DNA of 64,000 nt, from NCBI GenBank assembly GCA_964234715.1, contig OZ174279.1; one strand, given 5' to 3'. Position 1 is the first letter of the stretch, and the number at the start of each line of letters is the position of its first letter. Shown piece after piece: positions 10,771 through 24,262 of this stretch. The DNA is from Podarcis melisellensis. Its lineage: Eukaryota. The position numbers and the translations under genes are program-made. Under the pieces are notes generated by a model. The model was not told the DNA's origin. It saw only the letters and a program-made list of their open reading frames with translations, and did not search any database.

Positions 10771-11062
10771 CAGGGGCGTAGCTAGCTGCTCCGGCACCCG
10801 GAGCGGCGGGGGCAGGACGATCCACCCAGGGGGGCGCCGTGGCGATCTGCCCCTGGAGTCCACCTGACAGACACAAGCCCCAAGCTGCCGTTTCAGGCAG
10901 TGCGGGACCCCGAGCCACCATGTTACTCCCAAGAGAGACGCATGGTTTGGGCGCGCTGCAGGCCAGGCCCCGTGGTAAATGCTGCCTCCCACTGTGTGCC
11001 ATTTTGTCACCCTCTCAGGGATGACACCTGGGTCGGCCTGCACCCCCCTTCCTATGCCCCTA
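10771..11062. mobile_element. GC-rich non-autonomous hAT element
   Basis: TIR CAGGGGCGTAG/CTATGCCCCTA. Perfect 8-bp TSD GTTCTGGC. Confidence 0.88.
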
Positions 11063-11220
11063 GTTCTGGCTTTCTCTTCATTCTCCTCCCTCGCAAAGGT
11101 ACTGTGGACACTTGAGATTCCAGTTGTACAAATACTTAGCACCCAAACCAATTGAGAAGTATCTTTACATTGGTTCAGATGTGGTCTCTACTGTCACTGC
11201 TGCTACTCTGGTGGGAGAAA

Positions 11221-11222
<2 letters not shown>

Positions 11223-11266
<44 letters not shown>
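11223..11266. repeat. (GT)22 microsatellite
   Basis: Directly visible. Confidence 0.97.
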
Positions 11267-11269
<3 letters not shown>

Positions 11270-11654
11270 CTCAACCTGTTCTGGTTCTCTTACTGCCCTC
11301 CTATTTTGCAAAGAAACAGTGGACACTGAAATGATAAACATTAATAAAAGTGCAATGTTTAAGTGTCCTATTTTGGTTCAGAAGGGGTCCCTGCTGTCAT
11401 GCTTTCTAGTGCAGATTCATTCCAATGTAACCATTTGTTCTTCAGAGGTGAGTTCCACTGAATTCCACTAGGATTTCTTCCTGATTAGTATGTACAGGAT
11501 TGCAACCTAACTGGTTAGTCGTAAAAGTGCCACGCAGGACTGTTAGCAAGGGACCCCAACAATTTCCAGACAATGGGAAAAGATTATTCTCTCTTCCCAG
11601 ATTATTCACTTCTATGTCACCTTTTAGTAACGTGGAATAAGTTGGAGGGATATT

Positions 11655-11780
11655 AAGTGGACTAGGACCAGGGAGTATAGGGACAAAATCACCACTTAGT
11701 CATGAAGCTCACTGTGTCCTTGGGCTAGTCACTGTATCTCAGCCTAGGCTACCTCACAGGGTTCCTGCAAGGATAACAAG
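11655..11780 (+). mobile_element. Degenerate CORE/MIR-like SINE
   Basis: CCTTGGGCTAGTCACTGTATCTCAGCCT...CCTCACAGGGTT resembles the CORE-SINE block. Confidence 0.55.
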
Positions 11781-14700
11781 GCCAATAGCATACAAAATAT
11801 ATAACATGCAGTAAAAGCTCCTTCTGTAAAACACAATGTGAAAAAGAGCAGCTTTCTGTTGCATTCTTCTGCTTCCTGTTATTTTACTGATGAGAGGGTA
11901 TCACATATTGGACTAATTAATTTAAAGCAGCATGCTGTCTGGGCTTATGTATCTCAAATGGCGGTTCCCAGCATGAACTATATGGTATCCTGGGTAACTG
12001 AACACACGTACATGCCATGCAGCTGCCTTCATAATAAATTATAATTGCACTTTAGATAAATGTTAATTTATACTTATGTCTGGAGGGATCCCACATTTTT
12101 TACTGAATGTCAGTAAACACCTTGAGTTCTGTGTGCGTTTGAAATAACTGATAAATAATAATTGCCTTTCAAAAGTTATGAACTTCCAAGGATTGTCCAT
12201 AGTAATGAGATTAATCTCACTGAGCTGCACCCGAGTGGTCAGGGATGATGGGAAATGTAGTCCCAAAACACCTGGAGGGCCTAGTTTGGCCACCCCTGTC
12301 TTAACCCCTTCATGCATTAAGTTAAGCATGTTGGTTATAGAACGCTGATTTATCCCACAGATTCGAGGATTCTTTGAGGGACGCCCTGGCTGTTTAAAGT
12401 GGTATGGTGCTGCTTAAAATGTCTGGTGTGGATATGGCCTTATACTACTCACATGTCAACATACATGCTACAGTGAGAAAGGGATGCTGGCAAGCCTCTG
12501 GCATGTCTACTTTAGCCATTTTTCAGCTCTTCCTGAGTGAGGGGACTATGTAAATAAGGGAGTCTCTACTTGCATAACTTCAAATAGAATTTAAACTCTT
12601 GGCTTTTCAGGCCTTCATGCTAGTCCTGTGAAGGTCTAAAGAGCAGACTGCACACCTAGGGACATTGGGGGAGGGCTAGTGTCCCCTAGTTTTATAGCTC
12701 CCACATTGAGGCAAATGCTTGAATGCTGCTCGATTCAGGGTTACATCCTGTCAGAAGAGGATTTCAGTACAGAACACAAAAGATGACAGCATGCCGACAG
12801 TGATAGGACTGAGACGCTTGATTGCTCAGACAATCTTCTCTTGCAGCAGGGGAAAAGGGAGGCTTCTCATATTCACAGAGCAGTTGATATGAGAGGATGT
12901 GCAATTGGGAGGTTATAATTGCCAGTCAACTTTGTCAGGTTCTAGCAGTGACATGGAGGTCAGAACCCAATAGTTGCCAGGTTGATGAGGGAAAGTTCTT
13001 GCAGCGGAGTCCTATTTCACTCAGAGTGCCACTTAGCAGGGAAGAGCAGAAGGCCTTGTCATCCTGTCCGGATCTTTTCCACAACAACAAGGCAGTTGTG
13101 GAATACACTCCTCCCCAGGGAAGCTTCCATTTTACAATTTGGAAAACTTGTAAAACCTTTTACCCGACGGATTATTATTTACTATTATGCCAATATTTTC
13201 ACTGTTTAAAGTTTAAGCCCCCATTGTGCATTACATGGGTGAAGGGGGTCCACCATACAGATGGACAAATCGGACAGCTTTGGTTCTCCCCATTTCTCAT
13301 TTTTCCAATCTTAAATTCAGATCTCCTCAACTTGTGAATCCTTTTTAAAAAATCTTGATGAGAATCTGTCAGCATTTCAGAGCGAATTTCTCCCAATAAA
13401 CAATTTTTTGTATGCAGCATTGGCAATTATGCATTATTTTGCAAGCAATTCCCCCTAATATAATGTGTTTTTGTTTGTTAGTTTGGGCTATATCTGCATT
13501 CTGTGCACTTTTATATGCACTTTTGTACACATTTTTTTGTCTGAGAACTGCATTGCAAAATTCAGAGGGGTGTGAGTTTTGAAGAATAGCTGTGTTTCAG
13601 CTTGTGCATTGGTTTGAGAAGTGGGAATTAGGTAGCCCTAGCCCACACATGAAGTAATAGATGCTGATGACATGTCTGAACCTCTACCTATGAGCAGCTC
13701 AGTGTGTGGGCATCAGGGTGGGTAGAGGATATGCCACCCATGTGGTTTTGTGGGCAGGGATCATGAACCTTGTTGTGTGCCAAGTCTTTCTTCAAGGATA
13801 CGATTTCCCTTTCGCTCTTTGCCAAATGGCCACACTCAGTAACTCCTTTTATTAGTTTTTCAATTATAACCCAACTATACAATACCAATTAATTCCAAAT
13901 TAATACATTAAGGGTGTTTCCTGAGCTCCTTGTCCGATGCATTCTTTATGATCTAATATTACTGTGTTTCATATTCCTATTACAAGCATATGATTTCTCA
14001 AGGGAGCTGTGGTTGTACACTGCTTTGGGCATCTTCTGGCAGAAAGGTGGCAATGAAATTGCAGGAAAAATACATTTATTTTCATTCTAGTGTATTTTTT
14101 AGCAGCCATTGCATCTCAGGAAAGATGTATTTTCTCAATTAATTTCAGGAAGTTGTCCAAGTCTTGTGGGCTGATCTTCCAGTGAACACAGCTTTCCAAA
14201 TGGATAATCATGTAAACATACACTTGGTGACAAAATAAGACAATTTTGTAAAAATTAAAAAATAGTTGAACAAACATCTTTAAAGTTTCAGCTGTTGCCT
14301 GGTGTGCATCTCTTTGCCAAATGCCATTCATACAACATGAGGTAAGTGATCATAAATGTTGTCCAGATGTTTCCCTGTCTCAGCTGAATGGTGATTAATT
14401 TTAAACTTATCTGAAAGGTTCTCCATGTGCCAGATGCAATTTGTGGCCTGGAAGTGCTGGGTATTAACGGCATCTTGGGCTGGCCCTGGAGGGAAGCTGC
14501 TGCTGCAATGGAGGCTGTTCTTCACCCAGTCCCCACCAGCTGTCTTCTTACTTACAACCATTCTAAGGGGCAGCAATGCCTGTACCCCTTCTAGAACTCA
14601 GCAGAGAGGAAGATGGTTGGGGTGGCGGAACAAAACCAGAATTAATAGGCTCTGTTCTTGGCTCTGTTGGTCTCCCTGTGTCTTCCCTATCAGTCTCAAT

Positions 14701-15669
14701 GGGCACCAGCCCCCATGGACTTTACAGTTGTTAAAGAAATACATATATTATTTGTACTGAGGATGAGACCATAATAGATTGTATATTTACAGACCAATCT
14801 GACACTGAACTAGGCATACAGAAATTCCACAATCAGCATATCTTACTCTTTATAGGACTAGGCCATTTGAAACATAAGGCACTTTATAGGAAATCCCTTA
14901 GGCTTTTAAATGTGTGTGATTATGTATTAGCAGCCAGAGGCCATTGAGCCTTTGTTGTGCTTTTAAATGGAATCCAGTCAAGTTATTTGACACAAGAAAC
15001 AATGTGTTATTAATCACATTCATGGATTGATTCAGAAGCCAAGCACCTTACTACAGTTAATAGTAGCTTTCCAAGGTAGAACTTTTGGAATTCTTGAAAC
15101 AAAAACGAATCAGAGTTTATGGTTATTTAAGATAGCAAAGAAACTACATCAGGCCACTAAGAATTAAACCCATGGTCCTGTGCACATGGTCACTATTCAC
15201 TTCCCATTAACATGTGTTAGGAATGAAATCCGAACAAAATAGCAAGCACCTGGGTAGGTGACCTGAAAGAATTCCAGTGGGAAATATTACAGGTCAAACA
15301 TGGTGTGCCTGCTTTTTATTTAAGCTAAAAGAACAAAGACCAGTTTGTCATTAAATGATTTCATGGTACTTGCTCTTAGGTACCAATCAGGTGGTTCTTT
15401 CATCATAGCATTTAATAATGCATTTGACCTCCTATGATCAAATGAAGGGCCTTCATAGCAATTTCCTGGGCTACATTATTCAGTGACAGCGCTTTGATCA
15501 GCCATCTGTCACATTATTTCTTTCATCAACCCTCCCCCCCCTCCAAGTTTTAAATAATAATTATCAACTGGCATTTGAGGGTGGAATAGGTACTTTTGGG
15601 GCATATTCCTATCAGTTTGATTCATGATATGGAGCTCCTGGCTTACACAGAAGGGGAGAGAGCTCTTGT

Positions 15670-15790
15670 ACTTGAGGGTCCTGCTTGTGGGCTTTGCTTC
15701 CCATAGGCATGTGGTTGGCCATTGTGAGAAGAAGATGTTGGACTAGATGGGCCATTGGTCTGATCCAGCAGGCCCTTTTAATATTTTATC
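15670..15790 (+). mobile_element. CR1-type LINE 3' end fragment; similar minus-strand copy at ~58500-58680
   Basis: GGACTAGATGGGCCATTGGTCTGATCCAGCAGG is typical of squamate CR1 3' UTRs. Confidence 0.55.
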
Positions 15791-16743
15791 CTTAGCATTT
15801 TGGAGGTCTCTGTTTTAAATTTCTATGTTTTGTAAGCTGCTTTGAAGCCTACATGGTGAAATGTTGTGTGTGTGGAGTGATGGACAGATGATAGATAGAT
15901 AAAACACATAATACATTCAATGCCCTGGGTAAGGTGGGCCAGGAATTATGCATGTTTTTATTTTATTTTGTATACTGAGGAACCATGTTTAAACATTGCA
16001 TCCCCAGCAAAGGCTATGTGTTGCTGTCTGCTGTGTTGCTGCTTCATGTGCAAGAATGCCCTCAAGGAAATTATGACACTGCCCCAGGCAGTCCTGTAGA
16101 CTATAGACAGTTGCCATCTGGGTCTCCTCTCAGAGTGTCTTCAGTTAACTTTTCTCTATGTGCATTTTTTAGTTTTCTATAGTGCCTTTCCAATATCAGC
16201 AGCTGAGCACTTCACACAAAACCACACACACAAGATCCATGTATTGGAATATCATAAAGTGCTCCTTCCGCTGAGGTCATGGGGTCAAACTATATGTGAT
16301 GTTAATTTAAAAGCAATTTACATGCTTTAAAAAAAAAGTACTACAGTGGGAAAACCCTATCAGGAACATGGTGTGCAGGTTCAGCTGTGTTCCTCCCACC
16401 AAGCAGCAGCTAGGAGATGCTGTAGAGCTGCCCTCCTGACTGTGGCTTTGCTGCCTTTTACCTAGCTGATGCAGGGGCGGGGAAGGGCAGAGGCAAGGCC
16501 AGGGCTGTGGGGGCTCACTTCCATCTTTGCACCCCTGCAGTTCTGTCCTCGTTCCTACTCTGACCCGCCCATGTACCATCCAGGGAAGCAGCAGTAATGC
16601 AGATGGGATTGAAGCTCAATGGAACCACCAAACCACACCAGCTGCTCTTGAGGGCAACAGCACAAGCTTCCCTTGAGGGCTAACAGCTTCAGGTGGGTGA
16701 TATTTGATGGGAAAGGGAAAGGGTTTTACTCCCTCCTACCCTG

Positions 16744-17110
16744 GTGGTGCTGTGGTCTAAACCATTGAGCCTCTTGGGCTTGCCAATCAGAAGGTTGGTG
16801 GTTTGAATCCCTGTGATGGGGTGAGCTCCTGTTGCTCTGTCCCAGCTCCTGCCAACCTAGCAGTTTGAAAGCATGCCTGTGCAAGTATATAAATAGGTAC
16901 TGCTGCGGTGGGAAGGTAAACAGTGTTTTCGTGCACTCTGGTTTCTGTCATGGTTTTCCGTGTGCCAGAAGTGGTTTAGTCATGCTGGCCACATGACCCA
17001 GAAGGCTGTCTGTGCTGTGGACAAACAGCGGCTCTCTTGACCTGAAGTGAGATGAGTGCTGCAACCCTATAGTGACCTTTAACCATCCAGGGGTCCTTTA
17101 CCTTTACCTT
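16744..17110 (+). mobile_element. Sauria SINE, older diverged copy
   Basis: Aligns by eye to 27496-27847. (CCTTTA)n tail. Confidence 0.9.
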
Positions 17111-18313
17111 TTTTTTACCACAGTCCTGCCTGTCATATCCACCACAGTGTTTAAAAAATGCACAAAAGGGAATGCAATGAAATGTCTGAAAGCGTAAAAA
17201 TTAAAAACAGTATGAAAGGTTTTAACTTGGCATCTAATAATAAAAAGAGACGATCCCAGGGAGTCTTTAGGGAGAGGATATTCCACAGTGGTGATACTAC
17301 TTCCACAGAGTATGTAATCAATAGTCAATAGTTTCATCACTCAGTGATAATGGAATATTCCACATAGCCACTTTAGAGGATCTCCTTTCCGTGTGATGGT
17401 GGGTGCAGGCCATTTAGGCCTGTTGCATTTTTAAAAGTCACAACCAGCCCTATATTGTCCTTTGAAGGTCAAGACAAGTACAGGTGAGCTACAACTGGTA
17501 TCATGGCTTCTCCCTGAATCCTTCCCCCACCAAAAGGCAGCATTTTACACTGGACATTGTTCCAAATGTTGTTTAAGGACATGATAGCACAGAATGAAAA
17601 AGAAAGCATCATGGCCTCATCATTTCAGTGCACTCATTCTTAGCATCAGCCCTAGGAATGCCAATCACAGATTTATATTGTCCACCAAACAAGAAAACTC
17701 AAAAGCAAAGAGCCGTTACTTTATACTGAAGTTAGGTTCTGTGTTATGATGAATTGCATCACAAATGCTACAGCAGAGACACATTCTCTGTTCCTAAGTG
17801 GAAGTGACTTGTAAAAGGTTCAGAGGGAATCTAGTTTGGAGGACAGCCAACTTAAAATATCACGACCATTTTTACACAAATGGGGGACAGGGACCCCAAA
17901 GCACAGTTCTCCCAAGGGCAAAATGTTATGCTGCTGATTTTAAAGGAAACATGCCAATAATTCAGGGGGCGCTAACTTTATTTCAGTGCATCTATTCTTT
18001 CAGACCCTTGAAAATATGTTTGGAGAAGCATTTGTGTTGGCAAAAAATATTTCCTTTCTCCGTATATATAGAAGCAGAATTTATTGTTCTAAAACATGTC
18101 ATAAAACCCCTATTGTATTTCAGTGTCAACACTGTGAAAATACCAATAACCACTTGGAGTTCCAACAGATGTGAATGTGAAAACAATAAACAGATGTGCA
18201 CTTTTAAATTCTATCTTCTTATAATAGCTTAAAGATGCAACTGTGCACATTTACTTGAAATTAAAGTTTGTAGTCAACCAGCATTTGTTCAGAGTTGACC
18301 CACTGAAATGAAT

Positions 18314-19586
18314 TTGTTGTTGTTGTTTAGTCGTTTAGTCGTGTCCGACTCTTCGTAACCCCATGGACCAGAGCACGCCAGGCACTCCTGTCTTCCACTG
18401 CCTCCCGCAGTTTGGTCAAACTCATGCTGGTAGCTTCGAGAACACTGTCCAACCATCTCGTCCTCTGCTGTCCCCTTTTCCTTGTGCCCTCCATCTTTCC
18501 CAACATGAGGGTCTTTTCCAGGGAGTCTTCTCTTCTCATGAGGTGGCCAAAGTATTGGAGCCTCAGCTTCACGATCTGTCCTTCCAGTGAGCACTCAAGG
18601 CTGATTTCCTTCAGAATGGAGAGGTTTGATTTTCTTGCAGTTCATGGGACTCTCAAGAGTCTCCTCCAGCACCATAATTCAAAAGCATCAATTCTTCGGT
18701 GATCAGCCTTCTTTATGGTCCAGCTCTCACTTCCATACATCACTACTGGGAAAACCATAGCTTTTACTATACGGACCTTTGTTGGCAAGGTGCTGTCTCT
18801 GCTTTTTAAGATGCTGTCTAGGTTTGTCATTGCTTTTCTCCCAAGAAGCAAGCATCTTTTAATTTCGTAGCTGCTGTCACCATCTGCAGTGATCATGGAG
18901 CCCAAGAAAGTAAAATCTCTCACTGCCTCCATTTCTTCCCCTTTTATTTGCCAGGAGGTGATGGGACCAGTGGCCATGATTTTTGTTTTTTGATGTTGAG
19001 CTTCAGACCATATTTTGCGCTCTCCTCTTTAACCCTCATTAAAAGGTTATTTAATTCCTCCTCACTTTCTGCCATCAAGGTTGTGTCATCTGCATATCTG
19101 AGGTTGTTGATATGTCTTCTGGCAATCTTAATTCCGGCTAGGGCTTCATCCAGTCCAGCCTTTCACATGATGAATTCTGCATAAAAGTTAAATAAGCAGG
19201 GAGACAATATACAGCCTTGTCGTACTCCTTTCCCAATTTTGAACCAATCAGTTGTTCCATATCCAGTTCTAACTGTAGCTTCTTGTCCCACATAGAGATT
19301 TCTCAGGAGACAGATGAGATGATCAGGCACTCCCATTTCTTTAAGAACTTGCCATAGTTTGCTGTGGTCGACACAGTCAAAGGCTTTTGCATAGTCAATG
19401 AAGCAGAAGTAGATGTCTTTTTTCGGGAAATCTCTAGCTTTCTCCACAATCCAGCACATGTTTGCAATTTGGTCTCTGGTTCCTCTGCCTCTTCTAAATC
19501 CAGCTTGCACTTCTGGGAGTTCTCGGTCCACATACTGCTTGCGCCTTCCTTGTAGAATTTTAAGCATAACCTTGCTAGCGTGTGAA
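18314..19586 (-). mobile_element. RTE-BovB LINE, 5'-truncated RT fragment
   Basis: QAGFRRGRGTRDQI, FIDYAKAFD, GVRQGCILSP, YADD, FGHLMRR..SLEKTLMLGK motifs. (CAA)n tail. Frameshifts present. Confidence 0.95.
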
Positions 19587-22500
19587 TAGCCATGACTAAT
19601 TTAGATCCATTAATTTCAATGGGTCTACTCTAAGCAAAAATTAGTTGAATACCACCTTAAATCCCTTTGGATTTAGTACAAGTTACTATTCAGTTGGCAT
19701 GTACGTATAGGATTGCACTATTAAGGGTTGGAACAGGATTAGTGGAGGGGGTGTTGAAAAAAGGACAGATTAAAACAATCACAGAGCACAGAGTGTAATT
19801 ATACTGGGAGAAGAAATTTATGTGAAACAATACTTTACTTAGGAGACAAATCAAAAATTCATTAACTGCCCAGGGATTAAATTATCTCTCTTTGCAATGC
19901 AGTCAAGCAATTGAGCACTTGGGGGCGGGCAAAAATAGGAGAAAATGGGGGGAGAGAGAGAGATTAGAAAAATCACAAGGAGTGTCGACAGAATGGGGGG
20001 ATTACTCAAGTGCATTTGGGGATTCATTGGTAGAAGCAATACTGCCAATATGTTGAAAACAGAGTATCAAATTATAGAAGGAAAAACCTGAGACAATACC
20101 CTTACCTAACTTAAGAAAGGAAATGACAGAAAGATGGCTGAAGAAGCTCTTGGGAAGAATCTATCAAGCCCAATCCAAAGAGGTTTGTAGGGTGAGGGGG
20201 TTTGTTGAGAAGATCAGTAAGTTCAGTTGATGTATTTAGAGTTTCAGGGGGAAGCTAAAGTACATACCCAATGGCTCAATCCAGCGCACTGTTAGGAATG
20301 TTTGAATCTCACTGAAATAAAGGGGCTTATGTATGCTTACCTCTGCAGTAAGTTGCCCGTGCTATAATGGCATCAGTTTATTATTTTCTTTTGCCATTTA
20401 AAAAAAATACTAATTCAATTACATTACATTCCTCTACATTTTGAATTTGCATCTCTCTGTGCATTGTCACTCCCACCAAATTCAGCAAGGGAGCCCCTGT
20501 TCCTGTGCTATTTAAATCACCGATACCCCTGACAACACATCTATGCTGACAATTTACCTTAAGACACCTTTTGTTCCGGTTCCTCTATAACACAAACAGA
20601 ACAGAACACAGAAAGATAGGAAATCTCTAGGATCACAGGAGACACCTTTCCTGTGCTATAATACCCACTAGGATTCAATACTCTCAAGTGACTATAGTGG
20701 TTGCCAAGGCAAAATAAGCTAGTATAAAGAGCTTTTCAGGAGAATGATTGGTGGAACAATTTTGCGTGGACCTGGAAGTGACATTCTCTTTCCCCTACCT
20801 GTAAGGTGGGAGTCCCCTGTAGAGATTTGCTAGTTAGCTGAGGAAAGTGTCAGATCCATTGAGAGTACCTGTGAATGAGAGAGAACACCAAGGCATACAA
20901 CCCCACCCCAAAACCCCCCCAAACAAGTGTGCATCAAAAGTTTAAATATGCAGCCATCAGGCTAACAGCAGCAGCAGCTCACCTTCAGCTATTAGGCCTC
21001 TGGTCTTCACACCATGCTTCAGGTATGCACCATGACTCCCTCAGAACCTTTGGCACCTGTCAAGGCCACCTGCCCATCCCATTTTTATTTTTATTTAAAT
21101 TGAGTTCTGAGGGGGCATGTAATTTGGCTGAGGGATGCATGGTTGGTGGGGGGGTAGTTTACATTTTTTAATCAATTTTTAGAGGTGTAAGAACCTTGCC
21201 TGGATTTTGGTGGGGTGGGAGGTTATAAGTATCAACAATTACTTTTGTGAAAAGGGTTTTTTGTGGTGCCCGCCTGCAGCTTAGACTTGCAACTCCTCCA
21301 GGTCTCTGAACAAGGAAGAAAAAGAAGTAGGAATTCAAATCAAAATTATACTAATAACAACCTGAGCATATGCTATTATGGCTTCTCTCAGTATGTCTTC
21401 TTAAGCAGCTCAGGCTGAGTGAAGAAACTACATATACTCTTAAGGGACTGGTTGACTGTAAAAAGATTTGACTAGACTCGTTCATGCTGTCTGAGTGATT
21501 AAAATTATCCAGATGGATCTGCAAAAGACTAAGGTCATATAATTGCTTCCCCTTTAAGAAATAAATTCTTTCTTGAGGGTGTGGGTGTGCGCACATTCAT
21601 TTTCTCTCTAACTCTCATTCTCACACACATGTGTGCGTACACACACACCAAAAGAAAAACCCATAAACAAGCCTAGATCTTTGGATTTCCATCTGGATCC
21701 CAAAGCAAAACTGGCTTAAAATACAGCTGTTGCCTTTTTACCGATAACATGTGGTATTACTATATTTCCTGTCATATTTTTACACTTCGTAAAAGCATAA
21801 GCCTTTTTATGAGCAAGAGGCCCAATAAATTTTGATTCTAATGCTTTACGTTATGTTTTTTAATCTTCTTTCATCATCTGTGGCTATGTGTTATATTAAC
21901 CACAGATGCAACCGAAAGAAACAAAAGGGAAGAAATTAATTAGAAGCATTTTCAATATAATTATACAGTCTTTTCAAATGTAAGATGAAAGAGTTTTTCC
22001 ATGTAAAAACCGAGTGTTTTGTATAAATAATCTGGTAAATGGCCACTTGTCTACTGTTCCAGAAATGCTTGTGCAAGCGCTAGTGGAATTGTCCACTCAC
22101 GCTTCAGACATGCATAAACTCTTGCTGCAGCAGATCCTGTTTGGGTTTAGCTTTCCCTTTTTTACTGCAGAGATAGGAAACTGGGTGAGATGTAAGCCTT
22201 GGGCCTCCACATCTGGATTCCTTGGCCCACTCTTCCCCTGCTGCAATTAGATCTGAACAAAATCCTTCCATTGGAGCCAGTGTAATACTCCCCTCCCCCT
22301 TTACAAACCCACATATGCAAGCCTATTTGTGGCTTGGGAACCTTGGCTGGAGAGCCTGTGGCTGGGGACTGAAGGACTGATTTCCCCTTCCCACCCCCCA
22401 CCCCCCAATTATCACCACCACCCTATTGCCCTCCAGCACGTAGAGGGTGAAGGTCTGAAGCAAGGAGCCTCTAATTGTGAAGGCTCCACATGTGATTTTG

Positions 22501-23419
22501 AATCCCAGTTATGCATCTTTCTAAATCCAAATCCACAAGTTGGTGGGCAATGCGGTTAGTGATGGGTGGCAGAGTTAGCATGCTTATCCCTGATCTCTCT
22601 ACTCACTTGTGCAAGCAGAAGGCTGAGATAGTCTACAATCCACAAATATGTAAACCAATAATAATCTCAATAATCTGAACTCTCCCACTGTTGTGCCTTC
22701 TTCTAATAAAATTAGCTCTGTGTCTGCCTCCTTCCTCCAGGTCATTTAAACGGGGGGGGGGGGTAAACTAGGTTACTGAAGGAGAGAATCTACAAAGATT
22801 GGCTCCTTATCATTTCTGTCTTTTGGCAGTTCCTTGTGAATTTCCACTTCACATACCAAGGGAAACGTCAAAAGCAATTACGGTTTGTTTCTTGTATGGG
22901 ATTTTGTACGAAAGTGAAGTCTAAACCTCCAGAAATAATGTGGTGATATTTTTAGCCTCATCCAGTAGTAATTCTGCTCTCTGGCACCCTCACCCCAAAT
23001 CATTATAACAAACTTTGATGTTTTGCAGCATTTCCATATCCTTCTGTTTTTCCTTAATTGCACATTTCAACAATTTGTATTTGCATTGATTTTAATCAGG
23101 TGTGCAGGTGAATGCACTGGACTGCCGCTTTTAAATGCACAGATTTGTATTAGATTGTACAACTCAGCTAGACTGGTAAAGAAAAAGCAATTTATAGGCA
23201 TTGTATGTGTGGTATAACATTGTACTACCAGATGGCGATGTGGAGTCCCGTTTTTCTCTACCTGTTTTCCCTGTTTAAATTTACATTACTTTAAACTGAA
23301 AGTTTCTTTGATGTGTCAAGATCCAGCCTGTGTCTATTTCAACACAATCCCTTGTTCTGTTGTGCAAGGCTGATTAGGTGAATTATGGCATTATTTATTC
23401 AAATGAATATTTATAAATT

Positions 23420-23476
23420 GTACTTTTGTTTGAAATGCCACAAGTTGGTACTTTTGTTTGAAATGCCACAAGTTGG
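23420..23476. repeat. Perfect 28-bp tandem duplication
   Basis: GTACTTTTGTTTGAAATGCCACAAGTTG occurs twice in tandem. Confidence 0.95.
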
Positions 23477-23770
23477 CATTACAGCCCAACCAGTCCCCTG
23501 GGAAACTCAATTTTAAAATTTCAAACGAGTAAAAGCTGGTCCATGAAGAATCTCAGGTGTGAAAGGCCTGTCTGAATGATACAATTTTAGGAGACATCTA
23601 AACACAAGAAAGAGTGACTCCTGCAAGGAGTGCCAAAGGTTAAGGCCAGCCACACTAATAGCTCAGTCCCTGGTAAGAGCTGCCCTATCACAAGACCTCA
23701 ATATTCCTAATGCTAACCATGCCTACCCAAATGTAAGTTCCATTGAATTCAGTGGGGCTTATTTACAGGT

Positions 23771-24262
23771 AAGCAGAGACATCACCTTGCCAACAAAGGT
23801 GTGTATAGTTAAAGCTATGGTTTTCCCAGTAGTGATATACGGAAGTGAGAGCTGGACCATAAAGAAGGCTGATCGCCGAAGAATTGATGCTTTTGAATTA
23901 CAGTGCTGGAGGAGACTCTTGAGAGTCCCATGGACTGCAAGAAGATCAAACCTATCCATTCTGAAGGAAATCAGCCCTGAGTGCTCACTGGAAGGACAGA
24001 TCGTGAAGGTGAGGCTCCAATACTTTGGCCACCTCATGAGAAGAGAAGACTCCCTGGAAAAGACCCTGATGTTGGGAAAGATTGAGGGCACAAGAAGAAG
24101 GGGACAGCAGAGGACAAGATGGTTGGACAGTGTTCTCGAAGCTACTAACATGAGTTTGACCAAACTGCGGGAGACAGTGGAAGACAGGAGTGCCTGGCAT
24201 GCTCTGGTCCATGTGGTCATGAAGAGTTGGACACTACTAAATGACTAAACAACAAGAAGAAG
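23771..24262 (+). mobile_element. RTE-BovB LINE 3' fragment
   Basis: ORF 23787-24248 matches the C-terminus of the 18.3-19.6 kb copy. ACAACAAGAAG tail. Confidence 0.95.

Noticed and set aside
14292-14341. Possible 50-nt plus-strand exon ending GAG|GTAAGT
   Set aside because: Weak acceptor, and no reading frame resembles a known protein.
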